A DNA stretch of 64,000 bases from contig CACEXK010000002.1 of NCBI GenBank assembly GCA_902563505.1, positions 2,438-66,437 on the forward strand, given 5' to 3'. This stretch comes from an uncultured Alphaproteobacteria bacterium. GTDB lineage: Bacteria > Pseudomonadota > Alphaproteobacteria > Methylaequorales > Methylaequoraceae. Below, piece after piece: positions 19,578 through 33,487 of the stretch (positions are counted from its first letter, which is position 1; every line of letters starts with the position of its first letter). Made by a program: the position numbers and the translations under genes. Under the pieces are notes generated by a model. The model searched no databases and had not been told where the DNA came from. It saw nothing but the letters and a program-made list of their open reading frames with translations.

Positions 19578-20681
19578 ATGGAATTTGTCATAAAAAAAAA
19601 AAATTTATTAGAATGTTTAAGTCACTTCCAAAGTGTTGTTGAAAAAAGAAATACAATTCCGATCCTCTCAAATGTAAAAGTTTCAGCTTTGCAGGGTGGG
19701 CTGACAATAACTGCTACAGATTTAGCAATGGAATTAACTGAAAATTTAGTTGCAAATGTGATCCAGGCTGGTGGGATAACAATCCCCTCTCAACTTTTTT
19801 TTGATATAATCAGAAAAGCACCAGATCAATCTGAAATAATACTCAAGAATGATGAGAAAAATAATACAGTGTATGTTTTATTCGGTGATTCTAAATTTTC
19901 AATCCCAATGTTGCCTGTAGATGACTTTCCGGTTATGGATGAGGATAAACTTGAAATAGAAATCAAAGTAAAGTCTAAAAATTTTAAAAATTTAGTAAAC
20001 AACTGTAAGTTCTGTATGGGATTAGATGAATCAAGACAATATCTTAATGGGATTTATCTTCATTCAAACGGTGAAACAGTATCAACTGTTGCGACAGACG
20101 GTCACAGACTTTCCAAGTGCTCACTTCCAGAGCCTATTAAGCAATCGTTTGATGGAATAATAATCCCGAAAAAAACTGTTCTAGAGATTTCAAAAATTCT
20201 TGAGGAATATGATGAAGATATAAATCTTAGTTTTTCAAAAACCCGTATGAGAATATTGCTTGGTAATATTAAAATTGTTTCAAAACTCGTGAATGCATCT
20301 TTTCCAGATTATGAAAGTGTGATTCCTAAAGATAATGATCAAACAATGGTTGTTGATTGCAAGAGTTTTAGCGAAACAATAGACAGAGTATCCACAATAT
20401 CGGATGAGAAATTTAGAACCGTTAAATTTGAAATATCAAAAAATGTTTGTGTTGTTAGTTCATTTGGAAATGATAAATCATTGGGAACAGAAAGTGTAGA
20501 TGTTGATTTTTCAGGTTCGCAAGTTTCTATAAACTTTAATGCAAGATATATTCTGGATGTATTAAACATAATAAAAAACGGTAAAGTAAAATTTTCTTTC
20601 TCCAACAAAACTGCACCTACAATTCTTGAGTGTGACAATTTGAAAAACACACTGTTTCTAATAATGCAAATGAGAGCATAA
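19578..20681 (+). CDS. dnaN: DNA polymerase III beta clamp
   Basis: VEKRNTIPILSNV, ATDGHRL, FPDY..VIP, FNARY; follows dnaA. Confidence 0.97.
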   Translation: MEFVIKKKNLLECLSHFQSVVEKRNTIPILSNVKVSALQGGLTITATDLAMELTENLVANVIQAGGITIPSQLFFDIIRKAPDQSEIILKNDEKNNTVYVLFGDSKFSIPMLPVDDFPVMDEDKLEIEIKVKSKNFKNLVNNCKFCMGLDESRQYLNGIYLHSNGETVSTVATDGHRLSKCSLPEPIKQSFDGIIIPKKTVLEISKILEEYDEDINLSFSKTRMRILLGNIKIVSKLVNASFPDYESVIPKDNDQTMVVDCKSFSETIDRVSTISDEKFRTVKFEISKNVCVVSSFGNDKSLGTESVDVDFSGSQVSINFNARYILDVLNIIKNGKVKFSFSNKTAPTILECDNLKNTLFLIMQMRA

Positions 20682-20691
20682 AAAATATCCA

Positions 20692-24296
<3,605 letters not shown>

Positions 24297-24339
24297 TATA
24301 CTAGTTAGAAATATTAAATAACAATGGAATAATAGATCT

Positions 24340-26211
24340 GTGAGAGCTATAAAATGGCTAATTTTAATATTTGTTTGGTTAGTACTTTTTTTGAGCATTG
24401 CCGTAACTTGGTCTTTGTTGAATCTTCCTGAAACTGAGTCAATTCAAATTTCAAGACAGCCTAGTATTACCTTTTTAGACAAAGAGGGAAGGATTATTGC
24501 CTCATACGGTGATATTTATGGGCAATCAATACAGTATGACGATCTTCCAGAAGATTTGATAAATGCCGTAATAGTTACAGAAGACAAGAGGTTTTTTTAT
24601 CATCCTGGAGTAGACTTAAAAGGTATTGCAAGAGCTGTATATATAAATTTAAAAGCTGGCAGAATTCTTCAAGGTGGAAGCACAATTACACAGCAACTAG
24701 CTAAAAATCTCTTTTTAACTCCAGAAAGATCCTTTACCCGAAAATTACATGAACTAATTTTAAGTTTTTGGTTAGAAATGCGGTTTACTAAAGAACAAAT
24801 TTTAAGTATTTATTTGAATAGAGTTTATCTTGGTTCTGGAACCTACGGAGTGCAGGCTGCTTCAGAAAAATATTTCAATAAAAAAGTTGAAGAGTTGAAT
24901 TTGTATGAAAGTGCATTGATTGCAAGTTTATTAAAGGCCCCTTCAAAATATAATCCAATTGCAAATGAGAAATTATCGAACTTAAGAACCTCAAAGGTTC
25001 TAGAAAATATGTTAAAGGATAGATTAATTAGTTCAAAGGATTTAGATCAAGCCAAAATTAAAAATACTAGATATGAAAAATTTACATCAGCCCCCAAAAG
25101 CACTAGATACTTCGTTGATTGGCTTTTGCCAAGAGTAAAGTCTTATTTAGGAGAAATTAAAGAAGACCTAATTGTTAGGACAACTTTAGATGTCAAATTA
25201 CAAAAAATCGCTGAGGATTCAGTTAATAATATTACTGAAAACTTTCCATCTGCTGATCAATCTGCATTAGTTGCGCTCAACATAAATGGAGGAGTGATAG
25301 CAATGGTTGGTGGAAGAGATTATGGAGACTCACAGTTTAACAGAGTTACCCAAGCCCAAAGACAACCTGGTTCAGCGTTCAAAATTTTTGTATACCTAGC
25401 AGGACTTTATTCAGGATATGAGCCAGATGATTTAATGGAGGATTCAGAAATAAATATAAATGGATGGTCACCAAAAAACTATAAAAAAGAATACTTGGGT
25501 GAAATCAAACTTGACCAGGCTTTTTCAAAATCCATTAATACAATAGCTGTAAAGCTCTCAGAAGATATAGGAAGAGAAAATGTTATAAAAATGGCTAAAT
25601 CACTAGGGATTTCAAGTCCAATCCTAAATTCACCATCCTTAGCACTTGGGACTTCTGAAGTTAATTTATTAGAATTAACAGCAGCCTATGATGTTTTAGC
25701 TAACAATGGAAATGGGGTTTTTGTACATGGAATTCGTTCAATAGAAAATACATCTGGAAAAGTATTATTTTTGAGAAAAGGTCAAGGACCTGGTAAGATT
25801 TTGGATGCAGATATTGTGGAAACTATGACTAAGATGATGGAACTTACTATTCAAAGTGGAACAGGGAAGAATGCAAAAATCAATAGACCGGCAGCAGGAA
25901 AAACTGGAACAAGCCAATCTTTGAGAGACGCTTGGTTTGTTGGATTCACATCAGATATTGTTGTAGGAGTCTGGTTTGGGAATGACAATGATTCGCCAAT
26001 GAAAAATATTACAGGAGGTACTGCTCCAGCAATTCTATGGAAAGATTTTATGAGCAAAGCACATAAAGGGACTCCTTCAAGATCTCTTAATTATACAAAT
26101 ATAATTAAAAATGATGAAAATAAAAAAAGAATCGAAAGATTAATCAAAAAGAGCAAAGAAATAAAAAAGAAAAAAAATGTATTTGATTCGATATTAGAGA
26201 ATTTTTTTTAA
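24340..26211 (+). CDS. class A penicillin-binding protein (PBP1A family)
   Basis: EDKRF, GGSTITQQLAKN, RQPGSAFK (SxxK), SIN, KTGT; GTG start. Confidence 0.95.
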   Translation: MRAIKWLILIFVWLVLFLSIAVTWSLLNLPETESIQISRQPSITFLDKEGRIIASYGDIYGQSIQYDDLPEDLINAVIVTEDKRFFYHPGVDLKGIARAVYINLKAGRILQGGSTITQQLAKNLFLTPERSFTRKLHELILSFWLEMRFTKEQILSIYLNRVYLGSGTYGVQAASEKYFNKKVEELNLYESALIASLLKAPSKYNPIANEKLSNLRTSKVLENMLKDRLISSKDLDQAKIKNTRYEKFTSAPKSTRYFVDWLLPRVKSYLGEIKEDLIVRTTLDVKLQKIAEDSVNNITENFPSADQSALVALNINGGVIAMVGGRDYGDSQFNRVTQAQRQPGSAFKIFVYLAGLYSGYEPDDLMEDSEININGWSPKNYKKEYLGEIKLDQAFSKSINTIAVKLSEDIGRENVIKMAKSLGISSPILNSPSLALGTSEVNLLELTAAYDVLANNGNGVFVHGIRSIENTSGKVLFLRKGQGPGKILDADIVETMTKMMELTIQSGTGKNAKINRPAAGKTGTSQSLRDAWFVGFTSDIVVGVWFGNDNDSPMKNITGGTAPAILWKDFMSKAHKGTPSRSLNYTNIIKNDENKKRIERLIKKSKEIKKKKNVFDSILENFF

Positions 26212-26796
26212 AGAGTTTTTAAAAACCTTCTCATCAAATTCATTCGACCTAAAAAACATTAAATAATTATCATCTTTATCAATTAAAAAAATTAAAGAAC
26301 TATGATCCACAAGATAATTAGAATCTTCTTCTGATTTCTTATTAAGTTTGACATATATTTTAAACTTATTTGTTACAGATTTTATTTCTTTTTTACTTCC
26401 TGTTAAACCAACTAGATTTGTATTGAAGTTTTCTAGAAAAGACTTGATATTTTTTGGAGTATCTCTTTGAGGATCAACGGTTATGAATATTGGTTGAATT
26501 TTGTCAATTAGATCTGGGTTATTATCAAATAATTTTGATATTTTCAAAATATCAAAAGGACATACATCAGGACAGAAAGTATATCCAAAGTAAATTAACT
26601 TTTTTTTTTTAATTGCGCTTGAATTGTATATAGACCCATCCTGATCAGTTAAAATGAAACTTCCACCTAGAGGAAAAGAATTTAATTTTTTATTTTTTTG
26701 AACAAAATTCAGAAACCAAAAGCTTATTCCTATTACAAGGGTTAGCATTAACATTAAAGTAAGATTTCTTCTAAAGATGAATTTATATTTGTTCAT
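26194..26796 (-). CDS. SCO1/SenC family copper chaperone
   Basis: FGYTFCPDVCP, ITVDPQRDT, GLTG, YLVDHS; N-terminal TM anchor. Confidence 0.95.
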   Translation of the reverse strand: MNKYKFIFRRNLTLMLMLTLVIGISFWFLNFVQKNKKLNSFPLGGSFILTDQDGSIYNSSAIKKKKLIYFGYTFCPDVCPFDILKISKLFDNNPDLIDKIQPIFITVDPQRDTPKNIKSFLENFNTNLVGLTGSKKEIKSVTNKFKIYVKLNKKSEEDSNYLVDHSSLIFLIDKDDNYLMFFRSNEFDEKVFKNSLKKIL

Positions 26797-27461
26797 TTCT
26801 CTATTATAAAAAATAAATAATCATTAGGAGATTTGATCTTAATATTTTTTTTTGTTTCTTCAAAACCCCCTTTTCCAATAATCTTTGTTTTCACCATTAT
26901 TTTTTTATTTTTTTTTATTAAGTCTAATATATCAAGTAAATCATTATTTCTTTCTATCTTTATAACTAATTTTTCAAATTTATTAAATTCCAGTATCTCG
27001 AAAATTTTTTTTAAATCAAATATCTCAAAAAATGTAATCGAGGAATTTTTTTTTCTGTTAGTTAAAAGATCATTCTGATTATTTAACCAATTGACCACTT
27101 CAATTATACCTAAAATATTTTGGACTTTTATTTTATATGACTCAAAAAAATCTTTTTGTTTTGTCCCGTTACTAAAAAGAAGAGAATCCCCCGCACACAA
27201 ATGAGATATAACATTATAATTGGAAAACAAATTTAGAATTTTCCTCCAAAGAGCAACTCCGCCTTTTTTTGTAAGTTCATCCTCAAAAATAAATTTATTA
27301 TTATTCTTCTTTAAGGTGCTAATGAAAGTTTTTTCAAATTTTCTTGAAAGAATAATTAGTTCTGACTTAGATAAGATTTCAATACTCTCAATAGTCAAAT
27401 CGAAGAAATCATAAGGATTAGAACCAATGATGTAGATTTTTTTTTTGGTTTGTGTAAACAT
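26793..27461 (-). CDS. divergent tetrapyrrole (uroporphyrinogen/precorrin) methyltransferase-like protein
   Basis: KIYIIGSNPYDFFDLTI resembles V.LVG.GPGD..LLT; HLCAGDSLLFS.G resembles RLKGGDP..FG.G; motifs eroded. Confidence 0.6.
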   Translation of the reverse strand: MFTQTKKKIYIIGSNPYDFFDLTIESIEILSKSELIILSRKFEKTFISTLKKNNNKFIFEDELTKKGGVALWRKILNLFSNYNVISHLCAGDSLLFSNGTKQKDFFESYKIKVQNILGIIEVVNWLNNQNDLLTNRKKNSSITFFEIFDLKKIFEILEFNKFEKLVIKIERNNDLLDILDLIKKNKKIMVKTKIIGKGGFEETKKNIKIKSPNDYLFFIIEK

Positions 27462-27493
27462 TGTAGAATTAGAATAGACTTTTTGAGATAAAA

Positions 27494-28060
27494 ATGAACT
27501 GCAAAAAATTATCTTTTTATTTATTTTTACTTGTAATTCTTCCTTTTACACTATCAGCAGTAGACGATAGTGATATTTTTATTGATGCAGTTTTTTTTAC
27601 AGCTGTAAAGAAATCTAACTATGAAAAAACTCTTGAGATGATTGAAAGAGGTGTATCTGTTAATGAATTAGATTCAAAAAAAATGACAGCTTTGGCATAT
27701 TCTGTCAAAAATGATGATGAAAAGATGTTTGATTTATTATTATCAAGAGGTGCGGAAATAAAAAAAACCATTCTTGATAAAACATCTATCCTAATATTTT
27801 ACATTTCTAGTAAAAAATTTAAATTATTAGATAAAATCATCGGTGCGGGAGCAGATCCAAACTTTCAGGATAATTTAGGTAGAACTCCTCTGATGCATGC
27901 TATTGAGCAAAGGAATATAAAAGCAATTAATTTTTTTCTTAATTTAGATTTTGATGTAAGTATTACAGATTACGGTGGAAAAAGTATATTCGATTACGCA
28001 ATGTCATCAAGAGACCAAAGTATAAGAAAATTATTCAAAGACTTCAAAATTTCTCAATAA
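27494..28060 (+). CDS. exported ankyrin-repeat protein
   Basis: signal peptide; repeats G..VN..D...MTAL..., GADPNFQDNLGRTPLMHA, D..GKS..DYA. Confidence 0.88.
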   Translation: MNCKKLSFYLFLLVILPFTLSAVDDSDIFIDAVFFTAVKKSNYEKTLEMIERGVSVNELDSKKMTALAYSVKNDDEKMFDLLLSRGAEIKKTILDKTSILIFYISSKKFKLLDKIIGAGADPNFQDNLGRTPLMHAIEQRNIKAINFFLNLDFDVSITDYGGKSIFDYAMSSRDQSIRKLFKDFKISQ

Positions 28061-28762
28061 TTTTATTTCGATTGCATCTTTAACTTTTTTATAAAAAACA
28101 AGTGGTTTCAAGATAAGAATATTTTTTTTAAATATTTTCTCAAAAAATAGTACATTTTTTTTTGACAGGAAACCGTCAAAAAAGAAAATTGGATGTAAAA
28201 TTACATAACCATTTGGTGAAATTATTCTTTCAACTTTGGAAACACTTGATGATTCTTGACCAACAAAATGTTGATCATAATATGATAATCCAAGGTTTTG
28301 AGAAAGTAGTTTTGTATATCTTAATAATTGTTGTTTTACTTCTTCATCATTGCTAGGAGAACAGGATGTAATCAGATAGTATTCTTTTCCTTTTTCGAGT
28401 TGATCTTTTAAAATGCTAGAGAATATAGGTAATATATCTTTTAAAAGTGAAATCTTGTCTATCAAAACTATTTTTCGGTAATTTTTATATTTTGATAAGG
28501 TATGATGAATATCAATTTTATAGTGTTTCCCATCAAAAATGAATAATGGAAAAAAGTATATTCTTTTATAATTTTTAATTAGTGAGTTTAAGCATTCCTC
28601 TATAAGTGGCGAATCTATTTCAATGAAACAATAAAAAAAATTTTTACTTTTAAATCTTACTTTAAGTTCATTGGTTAGTTTTACCAGGCTTGCTTTATAA
28701 TTAGTATTTCTTGATCCGTGACCACAGATTATTATGGCTACATCATTATTAATTTGGACCAT
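28031..28762 (-). CDS. CbiX/SirB family sirohydrochlorin chelatase
   Basis: IICGHGSR, CFIE..SP, PLFIFDGKH.K.DI; second domain P.FFFDG. Confidence 0.82.
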   Translation of the reverse strand: MVQINNDVAIIICGHGSRNTNYKASLVKLTNELKVRFKSKNFFYCFIEIDSPLIEECLNSLIKNYKRIYFFPLFIFDGKHYKIDIHHTLSKYKNYRKIVLIDKISLLKDILPIFSSILKDQLEKGKEYYLITSCSPSNDEEVKQQLLRYTKLLSQNLGLSYYDQHFVGQESSSVSKVERIISPNGYVILHPIFFFDGFLSKKNVLFFEKIFKKNILILKPLVFYKKVKDAIEIKLLRNFEVFE

Positions 28763-29441
28763 CGGTTATTTTTGAAATAATTTTCTTTAAATTATTTATT
28801 TCTTTACCTGAAATATTACTTTTTATTATCTCATCTGAGGAGAATTCTTTTCCATGTATTGTTCTATTTAGATCATTTCTTGGCTGTAAATACGATCCTT
28901 CTATTGAACTACCGAGAAATAATCCAGAATTATCTGAGAAGGAATAAATATCAGCTAACCTTGCAGTGCTTTCTGCTGAATAACCTATACCTTCATCTAT
29001 ATAAGCAATATCGACATCTACTCCTAATTTAATTCTTTCTTTAAGAACTGATTTCAATCCTCTATTTGTCATAACTGTCATGACAACTTTTCCTGACTTA
29101 GCTCCAAGTTGAAGACCAAAACTAACTCCACCAATAGAATAGAAGAATGGACCAGAAAAATGGTTTTGTTTTGACTTTCTAATTAATAATAATCCATTTC
29201 CTCCTTTGGCTCCTAAAATTAAACCACCTTCGTATACTTCTGGAAAAATCAAAATTGCTCTAGAGTTTTTTAAATATTCCTGAAAATTTTTTAAATCTGT
29301 GTTTTGATCAAGTTTTTTTAATACCATCTCAGATGATTGAATTATGTGGGCAATTTTTATCTTATTTTCGGTTTCACTTTTTATAAATAGAGGAGTGAAG
29401 ATTAGAATGAATAAAAATAATGATTGATAGAAATGTCTCAT
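28749..29441 (-). CDS. exported Ysc84/SYLF lipid-binding domain protein
   Basis: AILIFP....GLILGAKGGNGLL, S.GG.SFGLQLGA, GLFLG.S.EG; start at ATG 29441 gives a signal peptide. Confidence 0.88.
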   Translation of the reverse strand: MRHFYQSLFLFILIFTPLFIKSETENKIKIAHIIQSSEMVLKKLDQNTDLKNFQEYLKNSRAILIFPEVYEGGLILGAKGGNGLLLIRKSKQNHFSGPFFYSIGGVSFGLQLGAKSGKVVMTVMTNRGLKSVLKERIKLGVDVDIAYIDEGIGYSAESTARLADIYSFSDNSGLFLGSSIEGSYLQPRNDLNRTIHGKEFSSDEIIKSNISGKEINNLKKIISKITDGPN

Positions 29442-29499
29442 TTTAAATAGTATTAAGTAATAAATACATTTATTATACTTAAACTTAAAATAAAAGAAT

Positions 29500-29922
29500 A
29501 TGAAAATAATCATTAACATATTTTTATTTTTAGTTCTGACTTTTTCTAATTTATTTGCTGGTGAGATAATAGTGAAAGTAAATAATATAGAGGAAATGGA
29601 TGGACTCATTCACTTTGCATTATATGATGATCCAAAATCATTCCCTGAAGATAGTGGTAAAAAAATTGGATTGGTTGAAGATACAATTGAAGTTTATAAA
29701 AATGGTCTCGTTATTAAAAATTTAGAAGAATCATATTATGCTATAGCTATATATCACGATGAAAATTCTAATAATAAATTTGATACTTTTTTATCGATAC
29801 CCAAAGAGAAGTATGGTTTTAGTAATGATGCGCCAGTTTTTCTTGGCCCGCCGGAATTTGAGGATGCTGCTTTTTTATTAAAGAAAAATGAAAAAATTCA
29901 AATTGAAATAAGTTTAAGATGA
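29500..29922 (+). CDS. DUF2141 family exported protein
   Basis: signal peptide; [15 protein letters not shown].....[11 protein letters not shown]....GPP.F..A. Confidence 0.88.
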   Translation: MKIIINIFLFLVLTFSNLFAGEIIVKVNNIEEMDGLIHFALYDDPKSFPEDSGKKIGLVEDTIEVYKNGLVIKNLEESYYAIAIYHDENSNNKFDTFLSIPKEKYGFSNDAPVFLGPPEFEDAAFLLKKNEKIQIEISLR

Positions 29923-30863
29923 AAAAGAGAATATTAGTAACTGGTGGCGCTGGTTTTATTGGTTCATATCTGTGCGAGAAGTTGATCCAACAAAATCATA
30001 GTGTTATTTGTTGTGATAATTTTTATACTGGAAATAGAGATAATTTAGAAAAAATTCTAAATAATAAAAATTTTGAATTGATAAGGCATGATATAACATT
30101 TCCTATTTATTTGGAGGTAGATGAGATATATAATTTTGCTTGTCCAGCCTCTCCTGTTCATTATCAGAATGATCCCGTACAAACTGTCAAAACATGTGTT
30201 CATGGTGCTATAAATATGCTTGGTTTAGCAAAAAGAACCAAATCTAAAATTTTGCAAGCTTCAACCTCAGAGATTTACGGTGATCCTGAAGTACATCCTC
30301 AGAGAGAAAATTATAGGGGTGCTGTAAGCATTGATGGCCCAAGAGCTTGTTATGATGAAGGGAAAAGATGTGCCGAAACAATATTCTGGGATTATAGAAG
30401 ACAACATAATGTCAATGTAAAAGTAATAAGGATTTTTAATACTTTTGGACCTCGAATGCAAAAAAATGATGGTAGAGTTGTTTCAAATTTCATAGTACAA
30501 GCTCTTACCAACAAAAATATTACTGTCTATGGAGATGGTTCGCAGACTAGATCTTTTTGTTATGTTGATGATCTTGTTGAGGGTATCTTTCTTATGATGA
30601 AAAAGGAAAACTTCTCTGGCCCTATAAATCTTGGGAATCCCAGTGAAACAACCATATTAGAATTAGCGAAAGAGATAATAGAATTGACGGGAAGTAGGTC
30701 TAAGATAATTTACAATGACCTCCCAATCGACGATCCAAAGCAAAGGTGCCCAGATATCAAATTGGCAGAAGAAAAGCTTGGTTGGAGCCCAAAATTCGAT
30801 AGAATAAAAGGATTAAAAAAAACAATAAATTATTTTGACTTATTGTTGAAAAAAGAAAAATAA
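29919..30863 (+). CDS. UDP-glucuronic acid decarboxylase (UDP-xylose synthase), extended SDR
   Basis: [50 protein letters not shown]. Confidence 0.93.
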   Translation: MKKRILVTGGAGFIGSYLCEKLIQQNHSVICCDNFYTGNRDNLEKILNNKNFELIRHDITFPIYLEVDEIYNFACPASPVHYQNDPVQTVKTCVHGAINMLGLAKRTKSKILQASTSEIYGDPEVHPQRENYRGAVSIDGPRACYDEGKRCAETIFWDYRRQHNVNVKVIRIFNTFGPRMQKNDGRVVSNFIVQALTNKNITVYGDGSQTRSFCYVDDLVEGIFLMMKKENFSGPINLGNPSETTILELAKEIIELTGSRSKIIYNDLPIDDPKQRCPDIKLAEEKLGWSPKFDRIKGLKKTINYFDLLLKKEK

Positions 30864-30866
30864 AAA

Positions 30867-32291
30867 ATGAACCATTCTGAAAAAGTTCTTTGTATTGGCG
30901 ATATTATTTTAGATTCATATTGTTTTGGAAAAGTTGATAGAGTATCACCGGAAGCACCAATTCCAGTATTAAAATTGACAAAAAACCAGACAAAGAATTT
31001 AGGTGGTAGCGGAAATGTCGCTAGAAATATTATAGCTGCTGACTCCCCTTGCCATTTGATAACAGTCACTGGTAATGATGATGATGCAAAAATAATAAAA
31101 ATGCTTTGCAAGGAAATAAGAAATCTCACCTATGATTTTGTGATTGATAAAACAAGACCAACTACAAAAAAAACAAGATTTGTGTCTGAAAATCAGCAAA
31201 TACTGAGGGTTGATAGCGAATCAAATCAAATAATTAAAAAAGATGTCGAAAATAAAATTATAAATTTATTCAATAAAAAAATTGATAATTTTGGTATTGT
31301 TGTTATCTCTGACTATGACAAAGGAATGCTCTCAAAAAATTTAATAAAAAAAATAATTTCAACTTCAAATAAAAAAAATAAAATAACAATTGTTGACCCA
31401 AAAAAAGAAGATTTTGGTTATTATCAAAATGCAACGATAATTACTCCCAATTTAAAAGAATTAGTTTTAGCGACGAAATCATTTTCAAATGATAAAGAAA
31501 ATAATATAGAATCATTATCAAAAAAAATAATGAATGAATTTTCTTTTCAGGCAGTTGTTACAACAAAAAGCTCAGATGGAATAACAGTAGTAGAAAAAAA
31601 TAAAAAATCTTTTCACTTTCCTTCAAAAGCAAAAGAAGTTTTCGATGTTTCCGGAGCTGGAGATACCGTTGTTTCTTATATTGCCTCGGAATTAGCAAAA
31701 AAAAATAGTTTGATTGATTCAGTAAAAACTGCGAATAAAGCCGCTGGGCTTGCAGTTGGTAAATTCGGCACGGCTGTAGTTTCAAGAAATGAAATAAATA
31801 GAATAGGAAAGACAAATTTAGGCAAAATTTTAACACTTAATGAAATTTTGATTGATTTAAAAACTAAGGAAAATATAAAAAAAGTAATTGGTTTTACTAA
31901 TGGTTGTTTTGATTTAATTCATCAAGGTCATATTGATTATCTCAAGAAGGCTAGATCACAATGTGATTTATTGATTTTAGCTTTAAACAGTGATTTATCA
32001 GTTAGTAAAATCAAGGGAACCTCAAGGCCAATAATCAAAGAAAAAGAAAGATCTTTCCTATTATCAAATTTTGGATTTGTAGATAAAATAGTAATCTTTA
32101 ATGAACAAACACCAATAAAAATCATTAAGAAAATTAAACCAATGATTATATTTAAAGGTGATGATTATGTAAAAGAAGATGTAGTTGGATACAACGAATC
32201 AAAAAAATGGAATGGTAAAGTTGTTTTAATAAAATGTATTAAAGGAATTTCAACCTCAAAAATTATTAAGAGGATTAAATATGAAACTTAG
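30867..32291 (+). CDS. hldE: bifunctional heptose-7-phosphate kinase / heptose-1-phosphate adenylyltransferase
   Basis: RVSPEAPIPV, SDYDKG, VFDVSGAGDTV; C-terminal FTNGCFDLIHQGH and KGDDY. Confidence 0.95.
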   Translation: MNHSEKVLCIGDIILDSYCFGKVDRVSPEAPIPVLKLTKNQTKNLGGSGNVARNIIAADSPCHLITVTGNDDDAKIIKMLCKEIRNLTYDFVIDKTRPTTKKTRFVSENQQILRVDSESNQIIKKDVENKIINLFNKKIDNFGIVVISDYDKGMLSKNLIKKIISTSNKKNKITIVDPKKEDFGYYQNATIITPNLKELVLATKSFSNDKENNIESLSKKIMNEFSFQAVVTTKSSDGITVVEKNKKSFHFPSKAKEVFDVSGAGDTVVSYIASELAKKNSLIDSVKTANKAAGLAVGKFGTAVVSRNEINRIGKTNLGKILTLNEILIDLKTKENIKKVIGFTNGCFDLIHQGHIDYLKKARSQCDLLILALNSDLSVSKIKGTSRPIIKEKERSFLLSNFGFVDKIVIFNEQTPIKIIKKIKPMIIFKGDDYVKEDVVGYNESKKWNGKVVLIKCIKGISTSKIIKRIKYET

Positions 32292-33036
32292 TGCTGTACT
32301 TTTTGATGTAGATGGAACTATTGCCGAAACTGAAGAATACCACAGAAGATCGTTTAACGAATCTTTTAAAGAGTTCAATCTAGATTGGTTTTGGGATGAA
32401 GCAATTTACAAAGAGTTAATTAATGTCGGTGGTGGTAAAGAAAGAATAATGTATCACATAAAACGGGCATGGCCAGAGATGCTAAATTTTAAAAATCTTT
32501 CAAAATATATAGATTCTATTCACAAAATTAAGAATGAGATTTTTGAGGATTATATGGAAGATGAAAGAATTATACCCAGAACCGGAGTTTTAAGTTTAAT
32601 TGAAGAACTAAAAGTAAAAGAGATAAGAATAGCATTAGTTTCTTCATCCTCAGAAGCAAACATATTAAACTTATTTAATAAAGCTCTAAAGATTGATCCA
32701 AATGATGAATTTGATTTAATTGCCCATGGTGACATAACAAAGAATAAGAAACCTTCTCCAGAAATTTATGAATGGGCACTTGAAAAATTAAGACTACCTC
32801 CACAGGCATGTATTGCAATTGAGGATTCTCCGAGAGGTTTAGAATCAGCTCTAAGAGCAAATATAAATGTAATAGTTACGCCATCTATTTTGACCTTGGA
32901 TGAAAAATTCAAAGATGCTAAACTAGTTATTTCTGATTTAGGGGATAAAAAAAATCCATTTAAAACAATTAGTGGAAAGGATTATGGTTTTAGCTATGTA
33001 AACTTTGAATTATTAAACAAGATTAATAGCTATTGA
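32281..33036 (+). CDS. CbbY-family HAD sugar-bisphosphate phosphatase
   Basis: FDVDGTIAETEE.HR..FN..F....LDW.W...Y..L..VGGGKERI, KKPSPEIY, IEDS. Confidence 0.85.
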   Translation: MKLSAVLFDVDGTIAETEEYHRRSFNESFKEFNLDWFWDEAIYKELINVGGGKERIMYHIKRAWPEMLNFKNLSKYIDSIHKIKNEIFEDYMEDERIIPRTGVLSLIEELKVKEIRIALVSSSSEANILNLFNKALKIDPNDEFDLIAHGDITKNKKPSPEIYEWALEKLRLPPQACIAIEDSPRGLESALRANINVIVTPSILTLDEKFKDAKLVISDLGDKKNPFKTISGKDYGFSYVNFELLNKINSY

Positions 33037-33443
33037 TTTTTGAAGAAAATATAGGCCATTAAAACTATTTGGCTTATAAAAATAATCACGCTTATTCTGT
33101 GTAGTTTTTTAAATTTGTTCTTCTTCTTTTTATCACTGGCTAGGTTTATTTTTTTTGTAAGATATTCTCTAGAAAAAAAATACCCACAGGTAATTATAAA
33201 AAACAGAATAGAATGCAATATATTTATATAAAAAATCATTATACTAGTAATAAAGCTTATTGTTCCCGCCCAAAGATAGAGTTTCGGAAAAATACTTCGT
33301 ATAAAATTCCTTGCATTTTTCTGATCTAGATTTTTAAATGTATTAGGAGCAACTATGATTGCAAAAAATATTAAGCTACCTAGCAGAAAAGGAATCAAAA
33401 AATCCACTGCTAGGCTGCTTATAGATGAAGACGCGTTTAACAT
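33030..33443 (-). CDS. DUF4149-like membrane protein
   Basis: IFFAIIVAP..FK.L....A..FIR.IFPKLY, FKKLHR.SV; four hydrophobic segments. Confidence 0.75.
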   Translation of the reverse strand: MLNASSSISSLAVDFLIPFLLGSLIFFAIIVAPNTFKNLDQKNARNFIRSIFPKLYLWAGTISFITSIMIFYINILHSILFFIITCGYFFSREYLTKKINLASDKKKKNKFKKLHRISVIIFISQIVLMAYIFFKNQ

Positions 33444-33487
33444 TTTAAATTATTTTAGTGCTTACTTGACTTTAATTAAATAAGAAA

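Noticed and set aside
27494-28060. Ankyrin protein as a host-targeting effector (symbiont marker)
   Set aside because: It has a Sec-type signal peptide and a housekeeping neighbourhood near SCO; no secretion system is in the window and the intact trp, pyr and cys genes fit a free-living cell
29442-29609. Long N-terminal extension of the Ysc84 ORF from the ORF track
   Set aside because: It overlaps the DUF2141 gene on the opposite strand; ATG 29441 gives a proper signal peptide
32281-33036. Calvin cycle inferred from the cbbY-like gene
   Set aside because: No RuBisCO, phosphoribulokinase or other cbb genes in the window; CbbY homologs also occur in heterotrophs
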